A stretch of 64,000 nucleotides of DNA, taken from NCBI GenBank assembly GCA_963663405.2, contig CAXXSM010000140.1, forward strand, positions 1 through 64,000, in the 5' to 3' direction. Positions 10,219 to 21,173 of this stretch are shown in pieces. Under the pieces are notes generated by a model that did no database searches, was not told the DNA's origin, and saw nothing but the letters and a program-made list of their open reading frames with translations. A program made the translations under genes and the position numbers. Positions within the stretch are counted from its first letter, which is position 1, and each line of letters begins with the position of its first letter. Origin of the DNA: a bacterium. Lineage in GTDB: Bacteria; Hinthialibacterota; Hinthialibacteria; Hinthialibacterales; Hinthialibacteraceae.

Positions 10219-11631
10219 CTATTCTTTGTCCTCACCTTGGATAAAGGTTTGCTCTTTATAAAAATACGCGACAAAGATAAAAATCACGGCGGTAATGAGC
10301 ATCATCCCAGCGAAGAATAGATAATACCATTCCCCTTCCAGCTTGGTGGTTCCATCAGGATTTTGGATAAAGAGATTTACTAAAGAAGTAAAAGCGTTTC
10401 CCAATGAAATGGACATCAGAAAGATCGCCATAATAACCGATTTCATTTTTCTTGGGGCTTGCGTGTAGGAAAACTCCAAACAAGTGATAGATACGAAAAT
10501 TTCAGCAGCAGTAATGCAAATATATGCAAGGATCTGCCAAGCGATGTTAGGCTGTTCTCCCAATCCGATTTGGTATTCAATCCATGCGGGGATTAAAAAC
10601 GAGGGGATTGCGATGAACATACCAATTGATATCTTGCGCAAGGGAGTCAAAGGGAATATCTTGTTGATCGCTGGATAGAGAATATAAGAAAACAGCGGGA
10701 TGAAGATCAATACAAAAAGTGGATTGAGGGCTTGGATTTGGGAAGGAAGCCATTCAATACCAAGCCAATGCCGGTCCATGTTTTCCGCTTGCAGCACCCA
10801 AGCGGAAGCGGTTTGATCGAACAACGCCCAAAACATGGCGACGAAGACGTAAATAATCATCAATTTCCCAATACACTTAAGGCCAATAGGACTGAATACT
10901 TCTTTGATGAATGTTGTTCCCTTCGCTGGAATGTGGACGAACTTGCGCCGCCCCATCCAGAAAACCACGGTCGCGATGAACATCAAAATTCCAGGAACTC
11001 CAAACGCGACATGAGGTCCGAAATATTCCATTAATATAGGCGTCAGCAGAGTCGAGGCGAAAGAACCTACATTAATGGAAAAATAGAACCAATAATAAAC
11101 TTTCTCGATCAATTTCTTATTTAGCGTTCCAAATTGATCGCCTACATTCGCGGATACGCAAGGTTTAATGCCACCAGAACCAATAGCGATTAATGTTAAG
11201 CCGATCGCGAGTCCCCACCGCGTTTGATCGATCGCCATCGCCAAGTGCCCAAGACAGTATACAATCGATAAAGCAATGATCGTTTTATACTTCCCAAAAA
11301 AGGCGTCAGCGATCAGAGCTCCGATAATGGGAGTAAAATAGACGGCGCAAACAAAGAAGTGAAAATAAGATTTCGCCGCCTCTTCCGTCATGACGTCCAA
11401 CTGACCGTCCATCCCCATTAAATACTGAGTCATGAAAATGGTCAGAATCGCCCGGTTGCCATAGAAACTGAAACGTTCGGCGGCTTCATTTCCTACAATA
11501 TAGGGAATTCCTCTGGGCATTTTTGTTGTTTGGGGAGGTATTGTCAGGTAGGGTTGCTTGCTTTTCGATGGTTTCTCTTCGGCCATTCTTGGATTCAGAG
11601 GTGGATCGTCGTAGAACGATTTATTATCCAT
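10219..11631 (-). CDS. POT/PTR family proton-dependent oligopeptide transporter
   Basis: EAAERFSFYG (ExxERFxYY-like), GSGGIKP and FYFSINVGS motifs; multiple TM helices; 9 bp from the peptidase gene. Confidence 0.93.
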   Translation of the reverse strand: MDNKSFYDDPPLNPRMAEEKPSKSKQPYLTIPPQTTKMPRGIPYIVGNEAAERFSFYGNRAILTIFMTQYLMGMDGQLDVMTEEAAKSYFHFFVCAVYFTPIIGALIADAFFGKYKTIIALSIVYCLGHLAMAIDQTRWGLAIGLTLIAIGSGGIKPCVSANVGDQFGTLNKKLIEKVYYWFYFSINVGSFASTLLTPILMEYFGPHVAFGVPGILMFIATVVFWMGRRKFVHIPAKGTTFIKEVFSPIGLKCIGKLMIIYVFVAMFWALFDQTASAWVLQAENMDRHWLGIEWLPSQIQALNPLFVLIFIPLFSYILYPAINKIFPLTPLRKISIGMFIAIPSFLIPAWIEYQIGLGEQPNIAWQILAYICITAAEIFVSITCLEFSYTQAPRKMKSVIMAIFLMSISLGNAFTSLVNLFIQNPDGTTKLEGEWYYLFFAGMMLITAVIFIFVAYFYKEQTFIQGEDKE

Positions 11632-11828
11632 GTATTCAATTCCTTCATTTTTTTATCGATAACAGTCTTTATTATGATTTGTTCGAATTTGATAGGGAAG
11701 CGGAAGGCCCTGTTTTCGAGAAAAAAGCAAAGAGCACTCATGTTTTGAGAGGAGGATCGTACAAGGAAAACGGTTGTCGTGTATAATTATTGTAAAAAGA
11801 GCTAGAGAGGAAGAGAAATTCGTCTCTT

Positions 11829-11856
11829 TTGACTTGAACTATCCTTGTGGTATTAT
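11829..11856 (+). promoter_or_regulatory. Putative sigma70 promoter (extended -10) for mltG
   Basis: TTGACT-16 bp-TATTAT with TG one base upstream of the -10 box. Confidence 0.4.
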
Positions 11857-11944
11857 TATTTTTCGATAAAGAGAATATAGTATTTTGTCCGATTATCAGT
11901 ATCCGGTTTTATGTCCGGAGCGATTACAGAGAAGGCAAAGGAAA

Positions 11945-13006
11945 ATGAAAAAGAAGATCATTTTAGGAATCGTCGCAGGTGTAGGATTGCTGGTTCTAAT
12001 ACTGGGTATTTTCGCTTTTGTAGAATACCGGAAATGGACGACCGCATGGGGAACGGATGAGGATACTTTTTATATCAATATTGAAAAAGGATGGACGGCC
12101 CGGACAATCGCTAATAGTCTGTACGAAAAGGGCGCGATCCCAAATACTGCAGGATTTCTAATGATGGCGGATCTGCGTGGATTCGCAACGAAACTGCGGG
12201 CGGGTGAATATGAGATCAATGGCGCCTCGTCTCCCATTGAGATTGTGAATATGATCGCTATTGGCTATGCGTACCGGCATAATGTGGTTGTCCCCGAAGG
12301 ATTTACCCAATTACAAATAGCCGAACGATGCGATAAACTTGGAGTCTGCTCAAAAGAGGATTTTCTCCAACAATGCCGCTCAGAAAATTACTTTCAATTC
12401 GTGATTGCTCAGGCGCCGGAAAACGCGAACGCCTCCGTCGAGGGGATTCTGTTTCCTGACACCTACGAACTGGAAAAAAACACCCCTCCTGAAAAGATCA
12501 CGAATAAAATGGTCAGGCGTTTCGAGCAAGTTTTTAATAAAATTAAGACCAAAGCCACAGAAGATAAGGAGAAAACGTGGTGGTGGATGGACGATCAATA
12601 CGGCTCGACGCAGCAGATCCACCGTGTCATCGTACTTGCGTCTCTAGTCGAACGAGAGGCAAAGCGCCCGGAAGACCGGCCTTTAGTGGCGTCAGTGTTT
12701 GTTAACCGCCTGAAAAAAAATATGCCCATGCAGGCGGATAGCACGATTCATTACGCGCTCAATGATTGGAGCCGCCCATTGACAAAAAAAGATTTAGAAC
12801 TGGATTCACCCTACAATACCTATAAAAACAATGGTCTACCTCCGGCGGCGATTTGTAATCCAGGGAAAGCGGCGCTTGAAGCGGCGTTGACTCCACCCGA
12901 TACGACATATCTCTATTTCATCTCTTTCCCCAATGGAGAAACAAAATTCACCTCAACGTACGATGAATTTCTTAAATTGAAACAACAGTTGAAGCAGGGA
13001 GCGTGA
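11945..13006 (+). CDS. mltG: Endolytic transglycosylase MltG (YceG)
   Basis: N-terminal TM; VPEGFT, EGILFPDTY, LASLVERE, VFVNRLKKNMPMQAD and SPYNTY..GLPPAAICNPG motifs. Confidence 0.95.
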   Translation: MKKKIILGIVAGVGLLVLILGIFAFVEYRKWTTAWGTDEDTFYINIEKGWTARTIANSLYEKGAIPNTAGFLMMADLRGFATKLRAGEYEINGASSPIEIVNMIAIGYAYRHNVVVPEGFTQLQIAERCDKLGVCSKEDFLQQCRSENYFQFVIAQAPENANASVEGILFPDTYELEKNTPPEKITNKMVRRFEQVFNKIKTKATEDKEKTWWWMDDQYGSTQQIHRVIVLASLVEREAKRPEDRPLVASVFVNRLKKNMPMQADSTIHYALNDWSRPLTKKDLELDSPYNTYKNNGLPPAAICNPGKAALEAALTPPDTTYLYFISFPNGETKFTSTYDEFLKLKQQLKQGA

Positions 13007-13094
13007 GATACTTTTGTATCGATTGATTTTGGCTCGTTCAAGATCAATCGTATGGTGATCTCTGGTTTTGTGCGGGGACGCTCGTGTTCCTTTT

Positions 13095-15908
13095 TTAATT
13101 GAATGGGTGGATGATCCGGTAGGGAGTTTCGTTGAGTGAGTTGGGAACGCGGATGGCGTTTCCATATTCATCGATCGCTTCCAACGCGTACTGCGCGCCA
13201 GCTGGGGTCAAGGGGAAATCTCCCGTAAACACGCCTTCTTTTCTCCGCGTCATGGTGAGTTCTTTCCATTCGATGTACGAGGGAAATGGTTTCCAAAATA
13301 ACTTCACTGACGCGATACCGGATGGATCTTCAAATTCCCCCGTTACCGTGACCTGATTTCGTGAACCGTTGATTTTATGGCTTATACCGAGCGCTCGAGG
13401 AGGCGTTGTATCATCCGTTATTATAATCGTATAGGCGTTTCCGCCTTCTCCACTTGGAACAGATAAATTGACGCCATTCACTGTTCCAAACAGATAGTAC
13501 TCAAATACTCCAGGTTTAACCTGTTCCGCTGGAATCTGCGCGTAATAAACACCCTGCATATTGGAGGATTTCATCTGCACACGGCCCGCCGTTCCAACGC
13601 TGTTTCGGTAGGAGACCAGCAATGTTCCAATATTGGCGTCTGGAGGAATTGAAACGGTGAGTAGAAGCGGTTGATCGGGTTTACTTCTTCGTAAAGGGAT
13701 ATGCCCTAGTGTTTGGATCCATTTTTTCTTGGTTAGCCATTCTTGATAGGCGTTGGTCAGATCCTGAATATCCCGTTCCGCATTGGGTGGATATTGGTTC
13801 CAGTGAAATTGAGATCCACCGATAAGAAACGTTTCAAGAAACGGGTGGTAATGAATGGTTGTATAGTTACATAATTCTGTCCACGCTTTACTGGCGGCTT
13901 GAATCTTCTCTGTCGCGATGATTAAAGAAGGGAGATCACCCCGCTTTTGAAACACACCGAGATTTACGGCGGCGGAGGCTTTGTCGCGGTAAAACCGGCT
14001 CATCGCCTCAAGCGCTTGAAAATCCAGTGTCCAGGATTCCCATTCCCGATATGCTTTCATTTCCTTCGGATTCGAGGCGTTCATTGCTAATGGGCGTCTG
14101 ATTTCGGAGACAGCCGTTCGCATTTCGGAAGCCGCTTGTGAGGCTTCGTTGGCGATGTCTGAAAGAAGAGTGAGGGGGGAGCGCCTTCCATCGGCTTGTC
14201 CGGAGATTAAATGATCCGCTTCTTCTTCAATCGACCGTACGCTGAAAGAATCAAATGACTTTGTTTTGAGGATTTCCGAGACCGGTAGTGGGGGAGAAAT
14301 TTCTGGCGCGTGGCTGCGTTTATCCGGGCCGGAGGTGAGCGCAGCGGTGATGGTGGGGATTACATGGCTGATTTTTTGAAGCGCGTTGAATATAGCGCGG
14401 CCCGCTTTTTCGCCAAAATGGTATTCAAAACTCCGGATGAATACTTGATCTGATTCTTGTGGATTGTACGCCAAACGGCCCCACATTAGAAAATAGTACC
14501 AATCCCGTTCATAAGTCCAATCGTAGTACCGGAAATCGGTCACCGCCGTATTTGAATACGCGTCTACATGAGGGTATCCTGTGGAATAGGTCTCCAGCGA
14601 AAAACCTTCCGCTTGGTACTGATTGACGCATTGCAGTGTGCGCCGGATGAACGTTAGATCTCCCCAGGGGAAGATCCTGTATGTGCCGTTCGCTTTTAAC
14701 TCAAATAGAATTGAATACTTCCGGGGCTGATTGAAATAATCGAGATAGGAGTGACTATGCCATTCCTTCATATGCCCACCCGTCACGGGATAAGGAAGCG
14801 CGAGATGATCGCCGTTGAATTTTATTTCTAACACTACATTATTGGGATACGATTGAATCAAGTTCCGCAACGCGGGTGGATCAGTCAACCAAGTTCGAAC
14901 GAACAGCGGCCGTTTCCTTTGATCCTGAGCAAGCGGTTTCAGAAAAGCTTCCTGGAAGAAATCCGGCTCCGCTCCTGATTCCCCGATACGAAATCCGATT
15001 CCATTCAACATCGGGCAATCTTCCAGCAGTTGTTTCAAGGCCTGAGAATTGTATAGAGACAGTGTATTCTGATCTGTATCGGGAATCGGATTTTGAGGGA
15101 TGGACCATGGAACGCTGTAATTCATCAAAGATACATTAATCCCACGTTTGTTCGCCATCTCAACAATGCGCCGCAGGGAGAATTTGTTGAGATCTGATTT
15201 TATCTTACCAACCCCAACTTGTGGATAATCAGATAGATATGTAAAATAGGGAAAGAGATTTGGGAATTGGGTGCTGACAAGGTCGAACGCGCCGTGAAGG
15301 TCTAAGAAATTGAATCGCGCTTTCGCGATTGTATTAAGAAAACCACTCCAGAAATCCTCGGAATGAAACCATGAAAAACGGTCTTCGAGCGCTTGTGTAT
15401 GAATAAGAAGGTTGATTCCACGAACGAGTATCGATGGCGCCAGTTTTTTTTCTTCAATCTTTAAAGTCTTCAATGATCGGTATCCACCGAGTTCAATCTG
15501 TTCGGCGATCTCGAACGCGGCGTACATCGTCCCTACATCGTCGCTGCCAATCCCGTAAACACGCGCCCCCCCTTCATGCGGAAAAAAGAGAGTCGCAAAG
15601 GATTCAGGCTGATTGGGGATCATGTTTTTGATTGCTTCTGGCCATTCGATTTTCGATTGTTCTGGATCAAAGGCCGCTATGTAAATTTCTAATTTAGGAA
15701 TTGAATTGTTCGGTTGGCCACTGCCCAGCCGAGTTTCGACTTGCCAGTCAAGAGAGGTCAACACGCGATTGACCTCTTCGATTCCAATTTCAATCGGTCC
15801 CGTTGGCATGGTCTGATAGGACACAATATACGCCTGGTCAGCGAAGCCATTGGATATAGATATCGCAGTCAATATTAATGATGCGAACAGCCATCGAACA
15901 ATTTTCAT
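13095..15908 (-). CDS. Secreted glycoside-hydrolase-like protein (GH20/GH67-like N-terminal domain plus TIM barrel)
   Basis: Signal peptide; GSDDVGTMYAAFE…RGINL…IAKARFN pattern; C-terminal Ig-like domains. Family not certain. Confidence 0.55.
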   Translation of the reverse strand: MKIVRWLFASLILTAISISNGFADQAYIVSYQTMPTGPIEIGIEEVNRVLTSLDWQVETRLGSGQPNNSIPKLEIYIAAFDPEQSKIEWPEAIKNMIPNQPESFATLFFPHEGGARVYGIGSDDVGTMYAAFEIAEQIELGGYRSLKTLKIEEKKLAPSILVRGINLLIHTQALEDRFSWFHSEDFWSGFLNTIAKARFNFLDLHGAFDLVSTQFPNLFPYFTYLSDYPQVGVGKIKSDLNKFSLRRIVEMANKRGINVSLMNYSVPWSIPQNPIPDTDQNTLSLYNSQALKQLLEDCPMLNGIGFRIGESGAEPDFFQEAFLKPLAQDQRKRPLFVRTWLTDPPALRNLIQSYPNNVVLEIKFNGDHLALPYPVTGGHMKEWHSHSYLDYFNQPRKYSILFELKANGTYRIFPWGDLTFIRRTLQCVNQYQAEGFSLETYSTGYPHVDAYSNTAVTDFRYYDWTYERDWYYFLMWGRLAYNPQESDQVFIRSFEYHFGEKAGRAIFNALQKISHVIPTITAALTSGPDKRSHAPEISPPLPVSEILKTKSFDSFSVRSIEEEADHLISGQADGRRSPLTLLSDIANEASQAASEMRTAVSEIRRPLAMNASNPKEMKAYREWESWTLDFQALEAMSRFYRDKASAAVNLGVFQKRGDLPSLIIATEKIQAASKAWTELCNYTTIHYHPFLETFLIGGSQFHWNQYPPNAERDIQDLTNAYQEWLTKKKWIQTLGHIPLRRSKPDQPLLLTVSIPPDANIGTLLVSYRNSVGTAGRVQMKSSNMQGVYYAQIPAEQVKPGVFEYYLFGTVNGVNLSVPSGEGGNAYTIIITDDTTPPRALGISHKINGSRNQVTVTGEFEDPSGIASVKLFWKPFPSYIEWKELTMTRRKEGVFTGDFPLTPAGAQYALEAIDEYGNAIRVPNSLNETPYRIIHPFN

Positions 15909-15975
15909 TCTTGAATCCTGGATCAGTGTTTGTTATCTATTATAGGATTAAACGATTGTGATTGCTAACATCGTT

Positions 15976-16827
15976 CTATCGATTGGGGATTGTTAAAGTG
16001 TAATATAGAATCTCTTCTTTTCCGTCCCGGTTCGCTTTGGCGAGGACGGTTCCATCCGCCCCGTATATTGCGCATCCCCCTTCGCATTCATGCTGCCAGC
16101 TTTTCCCGATTCGGTTGGTCACCAAGATGGGCGCGCCAATTATGGCGGCTCGGGCGCCCATATCGGTATGGTCAGGCAGTTGGACGCGATTGTTTGGATA
16201 GAATACGAGTTCCGGTTTTAATTCTTTGGCTCTCTCGATACAGCGCGGCGCTTCGCCATCCGCGCAGATGAAGCAGGTTGCTTTAATTCCATTAATTTTA
16301 AAGAGTTCCGGACCCGGTCCTGGATCGTATCGCGCCCATTCATTGCGATATCCTTTGTCTGACGCGTCCCGCCATAACCAGGATTTACGGTACCGGTAGA
16401 TGAGTCCCGCTGGATCGATAAAGGCTTGTGTGATATAGAATCGCGAATCCTCACGTTCCGATAGGCCGAAACTGATCATACAGTTCAATTCCCGCGCCAG
16501 CGCTGTCATCTTTTTTGTTGTTGGTCCAGGAACCGGTTCCGCCAATTCCTCCAGTCGAGGAGTGTAATCGGTTAAACATCCCTCATGAAACATCACAAGA
16601 CGCGCGCCGTTTTGAACCGCTTCGCGCGTCAATCTTTCCATCTGCTTGAGATTATGGCTTGTTTTTTCGGCGATTGAATCGAATTGCACAAGCGCGATAG
16701 AAAGCGTTTTCGGCGATGGATTCGGTTCTCCGATGGGATCGATCATCACACACGCTCCAAGTGAAACAAGAAGAAACATGAAAGAATACATCCCGAACCG
16801 GGATACCTGACCGTTCGATTGGAACAT
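15976..16827 (-). CDS. Carbon-nitrogen hydrolase (nitrilase superfamily), possible lipoprotein
   Basis: Catalytic triad context FHEG, YRKS, FICAD; LGAC lipobox-like motif. Confidence 0.88.
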   Translation of the reverse strand: MFQSNGQVSRFGMYSFMFLLVSLGACVMIDPIGEPNPSPKTLSIALVQFDSIAEKTSHNLKQMERLTREAVQNGARLVMFHEGCLTDYTPRLEELAEPVPGPTTKKMTALARELNCMISFGLSEREDSRFYITQAFIDPAGLIYRYRKSWLWRDASDKGYRNEWARYDPGPGPELFKINGIKATCFICADGEAPRCIERAKELKPELVFYPNNRVQLPDHTDMGARAAIIGAPILVTNRIGKSWQHECEGGCAIYGADGTVLAKANRDGKEEILYYTLTIPNR

Positions 16828-16876
16828 AGCGGTTTTCCCTCCTGGTTGATCATCTGTATGAATCTCAAGACAGTTC

Positions 16877-18322
16877 TCACTGTTTCGGATTGCGCTCCGG
16901 CATTTGCGCGCTGACGTCTTTTCTCCATGATTTGAGTAAATTCCTCAATTCAGAGGCTTTTCCGGGCATGGCTTCCACTAGGTTATCCTTTTCTCCAAGA
17001 TCCGTATTAAGATCGTATAATTCCATATGGTTATCTTCAAAATATTCGATTAGTTTCCAATGATCTTGACGAATGGCGCTGACGGGTGATGTAGTGGGAT
17101 AATAATGGGGATAATGCCAATAAAGCGTATCTCGATCCAGTTTAGCGCTTGGATTCTTCAAGAGTGGAACAAGGCTCAGACCGTCTACATCAGCATTATG
17201 CTGGGGGGCGCCGGTGAGTCCCGCAATTTCAAGGAGCGTGGGGTAAAAATCAATCGAGCTGACGGGATGATCGCAAATCGCTCCCTCTTTTGTCATACCG
17301 GGCCAGCGTACAATCAACGGCACACGGATTCCGCCTTCATAAAGCGATCCCTTACCTGAACGTAAGGGTTGATTGCTCGTGATTATCCCATATTCACTAT
17401 TTTCGAGAAAACCACCATTGTCTGAGAAAAAAATGATAACGGTTCGATCCGTAAGACCGAGTTCTTCAACTTTGGTTAGAACGCGGCCAACATTCTCATC
17501 GAGACTGGCTGCCATGGCGGCGTATTCAGGATTTTGATGACGCATACCGGATTTCAATTTTTTCCGAAAACGTTCTATTAGATCCGGTTTGCCTTCAATC
17601 GGCGTGTGAACGGTGTGGTAGGCCAAGTGGAGGAAGAACGGCTTATCTTTCATATTGTCTATCACATGAAGCGCTTCATCCGTAAGTCGATCGGTGAGGT
17701 ATTCGCCCTCTTTACCGAATTCTAAATGCGGCACGTATCGGAATTCATTCCCATATCGTTGATCGCCGCTGTAGGGATAGAAGAACGTCGCGGGCGCGCC
17801 CCATAATGTTCCCCCAATGTTAACGTCGAATCCATGCGTCTGCGGATAATATCCCGCGCCACCCAGGTGCCATTTGCCAATGTGGGCGGTCTGATATCCC
17901 GCCTTATGAAAAACCTCAGCGATCGTTGTCTGTTCATGGGGCAAGTCGCCAACCGTGATGGGGGGAATCAATTTGCGGTTCTGGGGGGGATTCTTTGACG
18001 CTTCGCGCCAGATCGTCATATGCAACCGGGCGGGATATTTGCCGGTCATGAGGGAAGCCCGTGTAGGGGAACAGACTGGACTCGCCGCATACGCGTCGGT
18101 GAATCGGGTCCCTTTTTGCGCAAGCCGGTCAATGTTCGGTGTCTCATGCAGATCCGCGCCGTAGCATCCCAAGTCGCTCCAACCGAGATCATCGGCTACA
18201 ATGAAAATAAAGTTTAACGGTTCAGAGGAATTCGCTAGTAACCGCGCAGGCGCCCCCAACGCAGCTGCGCTCAATCCTGCAAATCTAAGAAAGTCACGGC
18301 GGCCGCATCTATTCGCGCTCAT
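16877..18322 (-). CDS. Sulfatase (S1, formylglycine type) with Tat signal
   Basis: GRRDFLR; ADDLG; CSPTRASLMTG (CxPxR); GKWHLG; SDNGG; KGSLYEGGIRVP. Confidence 0.96.
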   Translation of the reverse strand: MSANRCGRRDFLRFAGLSAAALGAPARLLANSSEPLNFIFIVADDLGWSDLGCYGADLHETPNIDRLAQKGTRFTDAYAASPVCSPTRASLMTGKYPARLHMTIWREASKNPPQNRKLIPPITVGDLPHEQTTIAEVFHKAGYQTAHIGKWHLGGAGYYPQTHGFDVNIGGTLWGAPATFFYPYSGDQRYGNEFRYVPHLEFGKEGEYLTDRLTDEALHVIDNMKDKPFFLHLAYHTVHTPIEGKPDLIERFRKKLKSGMRHQNPEYAAMAASLDENVGRVLTKVEELGLTDRTVIIFFSDNGGFLENSEYGIITSNQPLRSGKGSLYEGGIRVPLIVRWPGMTKEGAICDHPVSSIDFYPTLLEIAGLTGAPQHNADVDGLSLVPLLKNPSAKLDRDTLYWHYPHYYPTTSPVSAIRQDHWKLIEYFEDNHMELYDLNTDLGEKDNLVEAMPGKASELRNLLKSWRKDVSAQMPERNPKQ

Positions 18323-18472
18323 AGGTTCTTCGCTCCTTGGATGAAATCGTTAAGCCTTATTAAATACTGTGTCCTTCAAAAATACAATGAATTCTCTTAT
18401 ATATCAATTATCCAGAAGGACAAAAGTGGGAGTTAGTAATTGACTCTCATATGAAGATTCGCCGGGAAGGAC

Positions 18473-19669
18473 GTGAAAGTGAAAAAGAAGCCCATGATAC
18501 CATTCGCGAAAGCGTATGATATTGTAATGAATCGCGCTGTCTTTTTGGGGAAGGAGCGGACACCGCTCGCGGACGCGTTGAATCGGATCTTGGCCCAAGA
18601 TGTATGTTCGGATATGGATATCCCTCCATTCAACAAATCGCTCCGTGACGGTTACGCATGCCGCCGGGAAGATCTCGGCTCCGAACTAACGGTTCTTGAG
18701 ACAATCCATGCGGGGCGGACGCCTACACAAGCGATTCACAAAAATCAATGTTCAAAAATCATGACTGGCGCGATGGTTCCTAAAGGCGCGGATTGTGTTG
18801 TTATGGTGGAGTACACCGAACATCCTTCTGAAAACACAATGCGTTTCACGGGTGGAGCTACGGAAGATAACATTAGTCCACAAGGGGAAGACATGAGCGC
18901 AGGCTCCATAGTCTTACGCGTGGGAGAGCGCATCGCGCCTCAGCATATCGCCGTCTTGGCGGCGCTTGGTTGTGATTCTCCTTTCACAGCGCGCCGTCCC
19001 CATGTTGGAATTATTGAGACTGGAGATGAATTGGTTAAGCCCAGTCAAAAACCAGATGTATCGCAGATTCGGGCCTGCAACGGTCCTTCGCTCTACGCGC
19101 AAGTAATGAAAATGGGATGCGTTCCATTCTATTTTGGAATCGTGGGAGATACAGAAAAAGAGATCGATAACCAGCTCCAAAAGGCGCTCGCCGAGAGTGA
19201 TGTGGTTCTGATTTCTGGTGGCGTATCGATGGGCGACTTGGATCTTGTACCAGACAGCATGACAAAAAGCGATCTTGATATTCTTTTTAATTCTGTTGCG
19301 GTAAAGCCTGGAAAACCAACGACTTTTGCTGTCTCTTCTAGCAAATTCTGTTTCGGTCTTCCCGGCAATCCTGTATCGACATTCATCCAATTTGAATTGC
19401 TGGTCAAACCTTTCCTTTTTAAGATGATGGGACACGAGTACCGGCCGAAGCGTGTCTTGGCTCCTATATCCAAAACGGTCTCGCAAAAAAAGGTGGATCG
19501 TGAATCGTGGATTCCAGTTGCGCTGACTGAAAATGGAGAAGCGGCGCCCTGTGATTATCATGGTTCTGCGCATGTGAACGCTTTATGCGGCGCGGATGGG
19601 TTGATCTCCCTGCCGGTTGGCTGCGCTTCGATTATGAAAGGGACTAAGACGTCAGTCCGGTTATTATAA
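18473..19669 (+). CDS. moeA: Molybdopterin molybdenumtransferase MoeA
   Basis: PPFNKSLRDGYA, IMTGA, TGDEL, SGGVSMGD, KPGKP, GLPGNP. Confidence 0.95.
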   Translation: MKVKKKPMIPFAKAYDIVMNRAVFLGKERTPLADALNRILAQDVCSDMDIPPFNKSLRDGYACRREDLGSELTVLETIHAGRTPTQAIHKNQCSKIMTGAMVPKGADCVVMVEYTEHPSENTMRFTGGATEDNISPQGEDMSAGSIVLRVGERIAPQHIAVLAALGCDSPFTARRPHVGIIETGDELVKPSQKPDVSQIRACNGPSLYAQVMKMGCVPFYFGIVGDTEKEIDNQLQKALAESDVVLISGGVSMGDLDLVPDSMTKSDLDILFNSVAVKPGKPTTFAVSSSKFCFGLPGNPVSTFIQFELLVKPFLFKMMGHEYRPKRVLAPISKTVSQKKVDRESWIPVALTENGEAAPCDYHGSAHVNALCGADGLISLPVGCASIMKGTKTSVRLL

Positions 19670-19693
19670 GAAGTTTGAACCTGGAGAAGAACA

Positions 19694-20149
19694 ATGGATC
19701 AATTATCACATACGGATGAATCAGGCCGGGCGGCTATGGTTGATGTAGGTCATAAAACTCCACAGCGCCGTACAGCGAAAGCCGCTGGCTATATCCAAAT
19801 GAAAGCGTCCACCATCCTGCTCATCGAAGAAAACAAGATGAAAAAGGGAGACGTCCTGACCGTCGCCGAAATCGCCGGCGTGCAAGCGGCGAAACGAACA
19901 TTCGAACTGATTCCATTGTGTCATCTAATTCCGATTTCAAATATTCAAGTGAAGGCGAAACTCAAAGGAGAAGGAGTGTCTGTTGAGAGCGAAGTCTCTT
20001 CAACCGGACAGACCGGCGTAGAAATGGAAGCGTTAACAGCGGTCAGTGTAGCGTTGCTGACGGTTTACGATATGTGTAAAGCGGTGGATCAAACTATGAA
20101 AATTGGAGAAATAGTCCTGCTGGAAAAACAAAAAACAGATCTTGATTGA
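19694..20149 (+). CDS. moaC: Cyclic pyranopterin monophosphate synthase MoaC
   Basis: MVDVG.K, KGDVL, LIPLCH, TGVEMEALT, YDMCKAVD. Confidence 0.97.
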   Translation: MDQLSHTDESGRAAMVDVGHKTPQRRTAKAAGYIQMKASTILLIEENKMKKGDVLTVAEIAGVQAAKRTFELIPLCHLIPISNIQVKAKLKGEGVSVESEVSSTGQTGVEMEALTAVSVALLTVYDMCKAVDQTMKIGEIVLLEKQKTDLD

Positions 20150-20202
20150 TTTGATAAGATTCATGCGTTCCATATTAAGTCAAACAGGAAAGGCGTTGTT
20201 GA

Positions 20203-21150
20203 ATGGATGACTATTCCACCCATACCGGTGAGATTGTCTCCGTTAATATTTCAACGGAGAAGGGAACTGTGAAACGGCCTGTTCCCCGGATCACTATTGA
20301 TGAACGCGGTGTCGTAGGTGACGCTCACGCGGGCAATTGGGATCGCCAAGTGAGTATACTCGCATGGGAAAGTATCGAACGCTTCTCCGTAGGAGCGGAC
20401 CGGCGATTTCAATGCGGGGAATTCGCCGAGAATCTGACCGTGCGTGGCCTCGATCTAGGCCAAACGGCGATTCTTGATACATTCCAGATTGGAGAAGTTA
20501 TTTTGGAAGTTCGTCAATTGGGCAAAGCGTGTCATGGAGACCGTTGTGCGATCTTTCAAGAGGTAGGCCGCTGTGTGATGCCGAAGGAAGGATTATTTTG
20601 CCGTGTGATCAAGGGGGGATCGATCGAATTGGGCGCCACTATTACTCATGTCATGCGTCCCTTTCGCATACGAGTGATAACATTGAGCGACCGCGTGAAT
20701 CAGGGGGAGTATGAAGATCGAAGCGGCCCAAGGATCGTTGAACGGTTGAAAGAATTTTTTCAAGATAAACGCTGGCATCCACGTATTGAATCCGTGGTTC
20801 TGCCTGACGAAGCGGCGCCGCTCCGCGATGAGATTGAAACGGCGTGTAAACGGGAGACGGATTTGATTATCACGACAGGGGGAACGGGACTCGGTCCAAG
20901 GGATATTACCCCGGATGTAGTGGCTGAAATGGCGGATAAATTAATCCCCGGTGTGATGGATTCGATCCGGTTAAAATATGGTTTGGACAATCCCAACGCC
21001 TTGCTTAGCCGATCCATAGCCGCTGTAGTGGGCTCTACGCTGATTTACACGCTTCCCGGCAGTGTGAAAGCGGTGGATGAATATCTTTGTGAAATATTTA
21101 AAACATTGGAACACACATTCTGTATGCTTCATGGTTTAGGTCACCATTGA
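20203..21150 (+). CDS. MOSC domain fused to MogA/MoaB molybdopterin adenylyltransferase
   Basis: N-terminal GDAHAG…RQVS…GEFAEN…GKACH…C…MPKEG (MOSC); C-terminal TLSDR…DRSGP…TTGGTGLGPRDITPD…LPGS. Confidence 0.92.
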   Translation: MDDYSTHTGEIVSVNISTEKGTVKRPVPRITIDERGVVGDAHAGNWDRQVSILAWESIERFSVGADRRFQCGEFAENLTVRGLDLGQTAILDTFQIGEVILEVRQLGKACHGDRCAIFQEVGRCVMPKEGLFCRVIKGGSIELGATITHVMRPFRIRVITLSDRVNQGEYEDRSGPRIVERLKEFFQDKRWHPRIESVVLPDEAAPLRDEIETACKRETDLIITTGGTGLGPRDITPDVVAEMADKLIPGVMDSIRLKYGLDNPNALLSRSIAAVVGSTLIYTLPGSVKAVDEYLCEIFKTLEHTFCMLHGLGHH

Positions 21151-21173
21151 TCGCAGTAAAGGGAGAATGAATT

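Noticed and set aside
18323-18472. Moco riboswitch upstream of moeA
   Set aside because: No convincing multi-stem structure or conserved motif could be identified by eye; an Rfam search would be needed.
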